DNA of 64,000 bases, from positions 2,939 to 66,938 of the forward strand of contig CAYISA010000004.1 in the NCBI GenBank assembly GCA_964365955.1. Direction: 5' to 3'. Shown here piece after piece: positions 51,892 to 62,500 of this stretch (the stretch's first letter is position 1; the number at the start of each line of letters is the position of its first letter). The stretch is from an uncultured Candidatus Saccharibacteria bacterium (GTDB taxonomy: Bacteria > Patescibacteriota > Minisyncoccia > UBA6257 > GWB1-50-10). The notes beneath the pieces are model-generated. The model saw only the letters and a program-made list of their open reading frames with translations. It searched no databases and was not told where the DNA came from. The translations under genes were made by a program, and so were the position numbers.

Positions 51892-52392
51892 CTACATATA
51901 CTTCCGAAGTTCTGCAACCTCTTTCTTGCGGTTCTCGAGACGCGCATTCGCATTCGTGAGTGCCTGGATGAGGGAAGTTGCTGCATCCCGGATCAAAGCG
52001 ACCCGTGCGCGGATTTGTTGAATGCGGCGCTCTCTCCACGCGGTCTTACGATCTGCTCTTTCTAGTTCATTTGTAACCTGGGTGTGGTTCGCGGTGATCT
52101 GCGCCGCGCAGGTCGCGATTGCAGTTTTTGCTTCATCGGGTGCAGTATATACACCGCCCATGGCCTTCACAGAATTCTTTGTCGTTGAAATCATCGTCCC
52201 TGGCAGTAGTTCTGTGACAAGTTCAATTACTTCCGGGCTGATCTTATCGCGCAGCGTTTCGCGGTACCTTTCTACTTCAGCTTGCGCATCAGCAAAAAGT
52301 TGCTCGAATTTCGCAAGTCCGAACTTTGCCTTTTTTCGATGTGTTACCAAGATGACGACGATGAGGAGAATTAGAACTAGGATTGGATGCAT
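51892..52392 (-). CDS. Hypothetical membrane-anchored coiled-coil protein
   Basis: N-terminal TM (MHPILVLILLIVVILV) then a helical/coiled-coil region. Minus-strand terminator hairpin at about 51848-51885. Confidence 0.4.
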   Translation of the reverse strand: MHPILVLILLIVVILVTHRKKAKFGLAKFEQLFADAQAEVERYRETLRDKISPEVIELVTELLPGTMISTTKNSVKAMGGVYTAPDEAKTAIATCAAQITANHTQVTNELERADRKTAWRERRIQQIRARVALIRDAATSLIQALTNANARLENRKKEVAELRKYM

Positions 52393-52496
52393 AAATTACT
52401 CCTTCCAGAAAATATGAATTATTGATTTGTGAAAAATGAATTATTTAGAACAAACTACCAACTTTACTTTCAACTCATTGTGCTGATCCCATTGTA

Positions 52497-52511
52497 TCTC
52501 TCTCTCTCTCT
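52497..52511. repeat. (TC)7 dinucleotide microsatellite in a divergent intergenic region
   Basis: tctctctctctctct between the 51892-52392 gene (-) and rnhB (+). Confidence 0.9.
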
Positions 52512-52596
52512 TATTTGTCAATACCGCCAAACCATTGGAAAATAAGGGATTTTTTGCTTGTAGTATGTGGCAGAATGCTTCAAAATAGAGCTATTG

Positions 52597-53223
52597 ATGG
52601 CTAAGAGAAGATACATCATCGGCATTGATGAAGTGGGCCGGGGGCCGCTTGCGGGACCGGTTATGGTCTGTGCGGCGCTTTTTCCGAGCGATTTTCCGTT
52701 TCGGCTCCATGCCAAAAAATTGGGTGTTCCGCTCCGCGATTCCAAGAAACTGACTGAACGCGCAAGGGAACTGTGGGATGCATCTTTTAGGACGGATATG
52801 CGCGTTGCGTTCGCTCTTGCAAGTAGTTCATCCAAATTGATTGATAAAACCCATATCGGAATAGCCACACTCATGGCAGTTGATAAAGCGCTTTTAAAAC
52901 TCGCTCGTCGCTATGGGCATAAAATAACGAACGCGAAAGTTTTTTTGGACGGGGGACTCTATGTTTCACCGCGCATCATACAGAAGCTTCATATCAATAC
53001 CCATCCGCGTACGATCATTAAAGGAGACGAAAAAATTCCTGCGATTCGTGCCGCCTCGATCATCGCGAAAGTGGCGCGGGATCGCCTGATGGTAAACATG
53101 GCGAACCAGTATTCCGGGTATGGCTTTGCGAAGCATAAGGGATATGGGACAAAAGCGCACATCAGAGCTATAAAAAAACGCGGGATTTCCGCCATCCACC
53201 GCCGGAGTTTTTTAAAAATATGA
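52597..53223 (+). CDS. rnhB: Ribonuclease HII
   Basis: GIDEVGRGPLAGPVMV active-site motif and DSK catalytic residues. Start at the MAKRRY Met (track 52567). Confidence 0.85.
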   Translation: MAKRRYIIGIDEVGRGPLAGPVMVCAALFPSDFPFRLHAKKLGVPLRDSKKLTERARELWDASFRTDMRVAFALASSSSKLIDKTHIGIATLMAVDKALLKLARRYGHKITNAKVFLDGGLYVSPRIIQKLHINTHPRTIIKGDEKIPAIRAASIIAKVARDRLMVNMANQYSGYGFAKHKGYGTKAHIRAIKKRGISAIHRRSFLKI

Positions 53224-53250
53224 AAACTGCTGTATAATACGTTCATCATT

Positions 53251-54516
53251 ATGCCGGTTCCCCCCCCCGCCGATAATCCAGAATTATTGAAAGTAAGTTC
53301 GCGTGTACGCACGCGTCTTTCGGACGTGGATTTTTCACATCACCTTTCCATGCGCGGACTTTTTAAACTCTCGTTCCGTGCGTTTAAGAGCCGTTCACTG
53401 CGAACCATTCTCACAACCTTAGGCATCGGCGTGGGTATCGGCACCGTGCTTTTTTTGGTGTCTTTGGGATTCGGGCTGGAACGCATCTTGGTTGAGCAGA
53501 TCGCGAAAACGGAGGATTCGCTCTATTCCATGGAGGCATATTTTCCTTCCGAAGAGGTGTTTGGTATTTCAGAAAAAGAATTAAAGGCGGTGGGCGAAGT
53601 TCCACGCGTGGTCGAGGTTTCACCGATTGCGGATCTTTCAGGCGAGATGCTCGCACAAAATACAAGTGGAAATGTGAAAGTGCGTGTGGTGGAGCCGAGT
53701 TATTTCCGTCTTTCGGGCACCGTGCCGGAGCTCGGTACTCCTTTAGTAGAAGGGGATCCGAATGGAGTGGTCATCACGAGCGCCGTGCTCAAATTCTTTA
53801 ATCTTGAACCGAGCCAAAAAACCCTTGGGATTCCGTTCAATCTTTCCGTTGCCCTTCCGCAGGAGTTTGTGCTTCCCCAGCAGTTGAAGATTGTGGGCAT
53901 TATTCAGGACGATGCGCTTGACCCCACGGTTATTGTGCCGCGCGGGTTATTGCCGGGGGCGACACTTCAGTACCGGAGCGTTTTGGTGCGTGCCGCGGCG
54001 GCGGATGATGTGCTTACCGTGCGCGACACGCTGTTGGAGCGCGGATTTTCCATCACCGCAAAACTGGATTTGATCAACCAGGTAAAAAAGGTCTTGACCA
54101 TCGCCACGGTTATTTTGGGCGCATTCGGCGTAACCGCGCTTACGGTCTCCGCGATCGGAATGTTCAACACCATGACGATTGCATTGCTGGAACGCACCTA
54201 CGAAATCGGCATTATGAAGTCCTTGGGTGCGACGAACGGCGACATCCAGCGGCTTTTCTTGATGGAGGCATTTCTGATGGGATTTCTAGGAGGCGTGATG
54301 GGGTTGATTATCGGAATCTTGGGTGCCGACATCTTTAATCTTGCGCTGAATTTGCTTGCAAAATCACTGGAAGGAAAAGCAGTCGATCTTTTTGACCGGC
54401 CGTGGTGGTTTATTTCGGGGCTCGTTGGGTTTGCGTCGCTTGTAAGCTTGATCACCGGTTATTATCCGGCCCGGCGCGCCGTCAAACTTTCTCCGCGCGA
54501 AGCATTTAAGAAGTAG
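53251..54516 (+). CDS. ABC transporter permease, FtsX/MacB family
   Basis: N-terminal TM, large periplasmic domain, C-terminal 3-TM FtsX domain (...MKSLGATNGDIQRLFLMEA...). Confidence 0.75.
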   Translation: MPVPPPADNPELLKVSSRVRTRLSDVDFSHHLSMRGLFKLSFRAFKSRSLRTILTTLGIGVGIGTVLFLVSLGFGLERILVEQIAKTEDSLYSMEAYFPSEEVFGISEKELKAVGEVPRVVEVSPIADLSGEMLAQNTSGNVKVRVVEPSYFRLSGTVPELGTPLVEGDPNGVVITSAVLKFFNLEPSQKTLGIPFNLSVALPQEFVLPQQLKIVGIIQDDALDPTVIVPRGLLPGATLQYRSVLVRAAAADDVLTVRDTLLERGFSITAKLDLINQVKKVLTIATVILGAFGVTALTVSAIGMFNTMTIALLERTYEIGIMKSLGATNGDIQRLFLMEAFLMGFLGGVMGLIIGILGADIFNLALNLLAKSLEGKAVDLFDRPWWFISGLVGFASLVSLITGYYPARRAVKLSPREAFKK

Positions 54517-55933
54517 CCCGCGCGTGTTGTTCTTTTAAGACCTTCTCGTCCGCAAGAAGAGTCTGAAACTTTGTGGTAATACGATGGGGCGTCTGTCCTC
54601 GCAGTCCCAATCCGCCAGCTTTTCTGGGCAATGACAAAACTTTTTCAAAATTTTCCCATGTGATAATTGAGCGGAGTTTTTCACCGGTGATTTCATCGAA
54701 TCGCTCCATATCTTCGACGGTGGAAACGGAAGTGGCACCTTCCAAAATCCAGCGGCGTATGGCCTTTGTCTCCTCCGCAAGGAGGGTCTTGGGGTGGCGT
54801 TCTAGTTTTGCGATTGCTTTGTCGGCAAAACGCCATTCATTGATGAATCTGTCACATTTTTTTGCAAGAATTTCCGCGGTTGTCTTCCAAAGACCCGTCC
54901 CGCCTTCCAAAAAGGGAGTGTCCAGAAGCCGTGCAAACGTACCCGGCTCAATAAGGCCATGCAGTCGCTTTCTAAGGAACGATTCAAAGCGCGCGCGCGT
55001 CTCTTCTGGATACCCTTCGAGCAGTAGGAGCCCAAGCGCCTTGATGCGCACCTCTTCCATTTTAAGTTCGGGGTAGAGCGCTTTCAATTTTGAGAGAGTG
55101 TGAGAATCTCCCGCTCCACCCTCTTCACCTTCCGGCACGGCATCCTCCTCCGGAGATTTACCAAAAGGATTTTCCTCCATGGTAATTTCCTCAACAGATT
55201 TTTCCGCCGGAAGTTTTGAATCTTTTGACGGTGCTCGTTCCTCCGTTCTCATAATTTTCCCGTCACGCACGTAGAAAATTTTCCGCACATCACGAAGTGT
55301 CCACACTTCGTGCGTGACCATGATAATGGTTTTCCCATCTTTTTCGTTTAGCTCCCGCAACTGGTCAAGCACGATTTTTGCGTTGGTGGTATCCAGGTTT
55401 CCCATAGGTTCATCCGCAAGAATGACGAGCGGATCATTCGCCAACGAACGGGCAATCGAAACACGTTGCTGTTGTCCGCCGGAAAGTTCATTGGGGTACC
55501 GCACCGCCAAATGGTCCAACCCAAAACGCATCAAAAGTTCCTGCGCGCGCTTTTTTGCATCGTGATCGGGAATTCCCAAAAACGCCATCGGGAGCGCGAC
55601 GTTTTCCAAAACCGTGATGGTGGGGATGAGGTTAAAATTTTGAAAGACAATTCCGATTTTTGTCTGGCGCATGATTGCAATTTCGGTGGGGGAAAGCGTG
55701 AGGATATTTTTCCCGTCGATCCACACGCTTCCGGTTTGTGGTTTTTCAATACCGGCAACCGCATAGAGGAGCGATGTTTTTCCGCAACCGGAAGGCCCGA
55801 AAAATGCGGTGTATTCTCCGGGAAAAATTTTGAGCGAAACGTCGTCCAGCGCTTTCACTTCTTTATTGGTTCCGGGATCGTACGTAAACGAAGTGTTCCG
55901 CAGTTCTACAATTGGTTTCTTTTCTTGTTCCAT
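54506..55933 (-). CDS. ABC transporter ATP-binding protein (MacB-type ATPase) with about 250-aa C-terminal extension of unknown function
   Basis: Walker A GPSGCGKTS, signature LSGGQQQRVSIAR, Walker B ILADEP, H-loop. The C-terminal 250 aa have no recognisable domain. The 3' end overlaps the convergent permease by 11 bp. Confidence 0.85.
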   Translation of the reverse strand: MEQEKKPIVELRNTSFTYDPGTNKEVKALDDVSLKIFPGEYTAFFGPSGCGKTSLLYAVAGIEKPQTGSVWIDGKNILTLSPTEIAIMRQTKIGIVFQNFNLIPTITVLENVALPMAFLGIPDHDAKKRAQELLMRFGLDHLAVRYPNELSGGQQQRVSIARSLANDPLVILADEPMGNLDTTNAKIVLDQLRELNEKDGKTIIMVTHEVWTLRDVRKIFYVRDGKIMRTEERAPSKDSKLPAEKSVEEITMEENPFGKSPEEDAVPEGEEGGAGDSHTLSKLKALYPELKMEEVRIKALGLLLLEGYPEETRARFESFLRKRLHGLIEPGTFARLLDTPFLEGGTGLWKTTAEILAKKCDRFINEWRFADKAIAKLERHPKTLLAEETKAIRRWILEGATSVSTVEDMERFDEITGEKLRSIITWENFEKVLSLPRKAGGLGLRGQTPHRITTKFQTLLADEKVLKEQHARATS

Positions 55934-55939
55934 AAGGGG

Positions 55940-56308
55940 TTAGTAACAAAATTCTTTGATACGCGACACCAACTGCGGAAGCGGCGCGTTCCGCAAAACA
56001 ATCGGGACCTTTTGCTGTGCGGAGAATTCATTCAAGCGCTCTGTAGAGTCACCCAAAATGACAATCTGCGAATGGCTTGCCTCCGGCTCTTTCTTTAGAT
56101 CCGTTACCACTTCTGTGGATTCAAGCGAAGGAGGCGTGTCGTCAACCACAATGAGCTGTGGATGAAACATATTGGAAAATTGCTCCGCGCGGCGTTCGTC
56201 AAAAGCACCGTGTACCTCGATGTTTGCAGGTGCAAGCTCAATCGTTAAAAAATCAATGAGGTTGATATTCCGGCTTACGACCACAATATCCTTATGAGTA
56301 GATTCCAT
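55940..56308 (-). CDS. Receiver-domain-like (CheY-like) protein
   Basis: 122 aa, alternating beta-alpha pattern, acidic pocket candidates (IVVVS..., LIVVDD). Weak call. Confidence 0.35.
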   Translation of the reverse strand: MESTHKDIVVVSRNINLIDFLTIELAPANIEVHGAFDERRAEQFSNMFHPQLIVVDDTPPSLESTEVVTDLKKEPEASHSQIVILGDSTERLNEFSAQQKVPIVLRNAPLPQLVSRIKEFCY

Positions 56309-56532
56309 GCTTTCAGAATATAGGTTATTTTATTATGTTACGTGGTGTTACAGGCGATTTTTTAAAATTATTCTCTAAGTTAGTGATTCAAATGTGTATA
56401 TATGAATGAATTTCTTATTTATCGTTTTTAGTTCAGCGAGAATGGAATTATTACGAAAATTCTAAGGAATTTCAAGTAAAAATACTTAAAAATTATTTCA
56501 GAAAGGACAAAAAAACTGATATAATTTATGGG

Positions 56533-59500
56533 ATGCGTAAATTTCGTTCCGTTTTTGCCTTTATCTTTATTCTGCTTCTCTCGCCGGGTTTTGGTTCTCC
56601 CAAAATTGCCGAAGCCGCAACCTACACTTTTACGCAGACCAACTGGAGCGGATCTGCGGATACTCCCGGGAGTCCAACCATTTTATTAAACGGTCCTAAT
56701 AATACCGGGGCAACCAGTTTTGCAACCAGCAGTTCCAATATAACACGTTCTGCAACTGCCGTCACAACCCAGTTTGCAACAGGGAGTATTACACAGACTG
56801 ATGACACAACGAGTGTCACTGGGTTCAACTATACCGGTAAAACATTTACATCAACGACCATTTCCGGAACCGGAAGCGCCGCGAAAATTATTTTGGGCAC
56901 GGCGCTCTATCCGAAGGCGGATATGGTGCGGGGGAATCAAGGTGGTCTTTTTGCTTACTATGCAAATTCCGCCGGAACGTTTGGGTCCGGTTCTTTTTTT
57001 GGGCCGGATGCCGGTAGTCAGACAAATCCAGAACTTGTGGATATTGATAACGATGGCGATCTCGATATTATTTATTCGATTTCGACCCAAAATCCGAATA
57101 TCGGTGTTTTAGAAAACCAAGGTACCGCACAATCCTCAAATTTTGTTTCCGTAACCACGCTTAGTAAATTAGGTTCAGTAGCTGCTAATTATGATATGAA
57201 TGTATTGGAATCTAAGGTGGGGGTTGGAGATGTCAATCATGATGGTCTCTTTGATATTGTTATTGGGAAAAACGGCGGCCAACTCGATCTTTTATTGAAT
57301 GTGGGCACGCTCGGATCGCCATCCTTTTCTCTTACGACGTTCTGGTTAAATGCTTTTGACTTTGGGACAGGCATTGATCCGTCTTTTGCGGACATCAATC
57401 GCGATGGGTGGGATGACCTTATATTAGGAGAGAGTACGGGAAAACTGAACGTGTACTATAACACCAAAAACACAGCGACCGTACATACACTCTTTAGCAC
57501 AACGCCGAGTTTAGCGAATTGGTTGTGTGGTACTGGTCAAATTTGTGATGTTGGCAGCGATTCGTCGATAGATTTCGGCGATATAAATGGAGACGGGGAC
57601 ACTCTTGATCTTGCGGTAGGAAATAATGGCGGAAGTGGTGGTGGCTATGTCTATTTTTATCTACACACCAGTTCTACGCACACCTGGGCATCGTCGCAGA
57701 ACCTTTCTATTAATGATTATCCACTTGCGCCTGCATTGGGTGACTTAAATAACGACCTGAATTATTACGGAAACGGGTCGTACACATCCGGTGTTTTGGA
57801 TACGGGTCAAGCGGCTACGTTTTCTACGGTTAGTTTCGTTTCCTCGACTCCTGCCAACACTCAATTATCTATACAACTGCGCGCAGGGAATGTGGCAACC
57901 GTGGATGGTACCTGGACGGGCTGGCAAGCGCTTTCGGGGAGTGGCGCGACTGTTCCCGTGGGGCTAAACAGTGCCACACACCGGTACGTGCAGTATCAGG
58001 CAATTGCTACAACCACCAATGCGCTTGTCACGCCATCACTCGACTCTATCACCATCAATTATGGCTGGCAGAGGAACGACTACCTGATCTCGAACATTTT
58101 TGATGCTTCCTCTACGTACAACTTTCTGACCAGTTTAACCTGGAATGAATCTCCCTCTTCAAATAATGCGGTAGCTGTTTCCCTGCGCAGCAGTAGCACC
58201 AGCGCCTGGCTCAATTCAGCTGCAACCTCTACCGCGTGGGTTGATTTTACCAGTTCTACTGCGGGGCGTACGCTTACCACTAGCACGCTTGGCGGTACCA
58301 CCACATCTATTTCGATTGCGGCAATTTCTTCATTACGAACCGGAAATGATGATAGATTTTTCCAGTATAAATTTTCATTTACTACGAATAGCACCAGCAC
58401 CCCAACCATCTCTTACATGCGGGTGGGGTTTGCGGTGAACGCCGCACCCGGCGTTTCGATTGCAAATGCGTATCAATCCACTTCAACGGATTCCACGTGG
58501 GGGAAAGTGTATACCACCTATACTGTGACGGACACCGATACCCCCGCTCCGCGCGTCACGAGCACGCTCCAGTACAGCACGGGTACCGCATGGTCTACTT
58601 TTGGGACTGTCGCGAATACCGTTTCTTACACGACAACCACCATATGGCTTGCCACGACGACGGTCCCAAACACGTACGCGAGCGCGATGCAGATTCGCGT
58701 CACGGTGAATGATGGCGAATCAGTAAACGCGACAACCACCGCGACGAGTTCCGCGTTTGAGTTTGATTCAAAACGCCCGACTATCTCTACATTCCAGCTC
58801 AATTCGCAGACTGACCGACTTACTATTTCTTCTTCCGACAACACCACAACGACGATGCATTTTTATGATTCTGTGACGGATACGGGGTGGATCGCGGCGA
58901 CTACCTCGCGCGCGTGGACACCTGTGTTGAGTAGTGACAATACGGAGTTGGTGAATCTCCAGGTGCGTGACTACTACGGAAATATCAGCACCTCTTCCGC
59001 AAAAGCGCCTGCCGCGCCCGCAGGCGTCACGATTACGGACACTTCAACGGGCGGAACATGGTCGGAACGCATTAATTGGACCGCATACACCACGGCAACC
59101 AGCGGCGTTGCATTTTCGAAGTACCAAGTTTATCGCGCCACCTCAAGCGGAGGTACCTACTCACAGATTGGTGTGGATATCGTGGACAGTGCAATTAATT
59201 TCTATGTGGACTCCGGGCTTTCTACGACTACAACGTACTATTATAAGGTTGCTGTTATAGATAGTGATGGAGATGCGTCTAACTTTTCTTCAATTGTTTA
59301 TGACCAGCCCGATGCGGGTACCAGCGTACAATTTAGTTCTGCGAGCGCGACCGGTGGGGAAGGAACAAGTGCCGTAACGGTCCTCATCGCACTCTCGGGA
59401 GTTTCCATGAGTCCGGTCACCGTAAATTATGCGGTTGTCACGGCTTCATCAACGGCAACGGGCGGAGGCGTGGACTACACGTTTACAAATGGCACGGCAA

Positions 59501-62500
59501 CCATTGCCGCCGGGGCTACTTCCACATCCGTGGCACTCACGATTGCAAATGATGAAATTTACGAAGGCGACGAGACGGTTGTTCTCGCACTTACAAGCCC
59601 CTCCGGCGCTACGCTTGGTACGAATACCAGTTATACCTATACCATCACGGACAGTTCTTCGCCGCCCGCCGTCACGTTCTCGACGTCATCGTCAAACATC
59701 AACGAGGGATTCTCCGGAACTTTTTCCGTGCGGCTTTCCGCGGCGTCCGGAGTCACCACCACCGTTCCCTTCACCGTGAGTAGTACGGCGACGAATTACA
59801 CCATTACACCAAGTCCGGTTGTGATCTCTCCGAGTGCCACATCTAGCACTATAACTATTACTACGACGGATAATAATACGTATACGGGAAATAAAACCGT
59901 GATTGCGACGATGGGAACTCCGATAAACGCGAACGCGGGTTCGCCGGCAGTTCACACCGCAACCATTATTGAAGCCACGCAGACCCCGGTGCTTTCGATC
60001 GGAAACGCGTCGCAAAACGAAGGAAACAGCGGGACCTCGACCATGAGTTTTACCGTTTCACTCACCGACGCTTCCGCGCAGACGATCACGGTGGATTACA
60101 CAACCGCTGACGGCACCGCAACCGCGGGAAGCGACTACACGGCCGCAACAGGAACACTCACTTTTTCGCCGGGGCAGACATCCAAAACAGTATCCATCAC
60201 AATCTTTGGCGACACTATTTACGAAGGTAATGAAACATTCACCGTAACGCTTTCGAACGCTTCACCCACCTCTACTCCTATTAGTACTGCAATCGGCACT
60301 GGGACTATTCTAAACGACGAAACTATCTCTACCATCCAATTTAATGGGGTAAATATTTCAAATTCAGAAACCACAACTTCTTATTCCATTCCGCTTGTCC
60401 TTTCTCCCGCGTCCGGAAGCACCGTGACCGTAAGTTACGCGACGAGTGGAACGGCAGTCCCGACAACGGATTACACGCTCACCACCGCGTCGCCGGTTTC
60501 GATTTCCGCGGGGGCGACGACGTCTTCTATTAATCTCACCATTGTGGATGACTCACTCTATAGTGGGGACCGCACTCTTGCGCTTACTCTTTCAAGTCCG
60601 TCCTCCAACGCGCAGTTGGGCGCGAGCACGACATTTTCTTACACGATTCAGGACGATGAAACCATGCCGCAGGCAACGATTTCGAGTGCCTCGACAACGG
60701 AAGGAAATTCCGGGACCACCACCCTCACGTTTCCGGTGATCTTGTCCGGTGGGAGCCGATCTACCACAACGGTTGCGTATGCAACTGCGAATGGCACTGC
60801 AACCGCCGGAAGCGATTACACCGCCGCAACCGGGACACTCACGTTTTCGCCGGGGCAGACGTCACAATCCATCAACGTGACGATTATCGGAGACATTCAT
60901 TACGAGTCCGATGAAACATTTGCGGTGACACTCTCGAGTCCTTCTGGGATCACGATTGCGCAAGGAACGGCGACCGGGACAATTGTAAATGATGATTCAC
61001 AGCCGTCGCTTGCTATCAACGATGTTGTAGCGACGACGGAAGGAAATAGCGGAACTTCACAGATGACATTCACCGTTACTCTTTCCGGAACCACTTCTGG
61101 GACCACAACGGTTGCATTTACGACGGTAGACGGTACCGCAACAGTCGCAAATAACGACTACACAGCGAATTCAGGGACACTAACATTTTCTTCCGGCCAA
61201 ACCACCAAAACAATCGATGTCACAATCGCTGGAGATACCACCTATGAAGCCGACGAGGTCTTTAATGTAGTTCTTTCGAACCCTTCCGGCGCCGTTTTGG
61301 GTGATGATACCGGGCTTGGGACGATTACGAATGATGATACCGCGCCCACCATACAGTTCGGAGTCCAATCATCCAATGGGCGGGAAAGCAGTACCACCGT
61401 TTCCGTTGCAGTATCCTTGTCGGCGCCGTCCAGCCAGAATATTACGGTTTCTTTCGCGGCGACCGGCGGAACCGCAACCGTGGTTGACGATTATTCGCTT
61501 GCGAGCAGTTCTATTACCATTCCCGCGGGTTCGTCGCAGGGGACTTTTACGCTTACGGTAGTAAACGATGAGCTACAGGAACCGGATGAAACTGTGATTC
61601 TTACGCTATCGAGCCCCATAAACGCGACGCTCGGAAGCGTGCAAACCTATACGTACACGATTGTAAACGATGATGTGATTTCCGCCGTAACGATTTCTAG
61701 CGTGTATTCCACCATCGCGAAAGTGACGTGGACGACAACGCTCGCGGGCACGACCGTTGTTCAGTACGGATTAAGCATTGATAATTTGAATCTTACAAAA
61801 TCCTATAACGATTCAGTGACGTCGCACATCGCCTATCTGGCAAACCTTTCGCCGGGCACTACTTATTATCTGAAGGTTATTTCTGTGGATACGACCGGCG
61901 CTACGAATACCGACGATAACCACAGTGCAGGATATACCTTTACCACAAACAATGGAGCCGTGATTACCGGAGTCGGAAGCGCGAACGTGCGGGATGTGAC
62001 GGCGGACATCACATGGACAACCAGCAAGGCCGCGACCGCCGGCGTGTTTTATTCCACAACGTCATCACTCGCAAACAGTACCGAGGTGAGCACCACAACA
62101 ATCCCGCAGGAAAATTACACACAAACCATCTATCTTACGGGGCTGACTCCGCAGACCACCTATTTTTATAAAGTGCGATCCATCGATACGGACGGAAACA
62201 TCGCGGAAGAATGGAATTCAGGCGCTTACTATTCGCTCACCACAACAGCGGATCAAACTCCTCCGGTTATCTCGAATATCCAGACACCGGTTCGTACACT
62301 CGATTCCATCGTCGTGACGTGGCAAACCAATGAAGGTGCCACGGGGATTGTGAATTATGGGACAAGTACCGGTTCATATCCCTCTTCTACAACCCTCGAT
62401 TCATCCTTGAGTACCACCCACAGCGCGGTTTTGTTGAACCTTACCGGCAATATCACCTATTACTACACCATCACATCAGCGGATACGCTCGGTAACTCGA

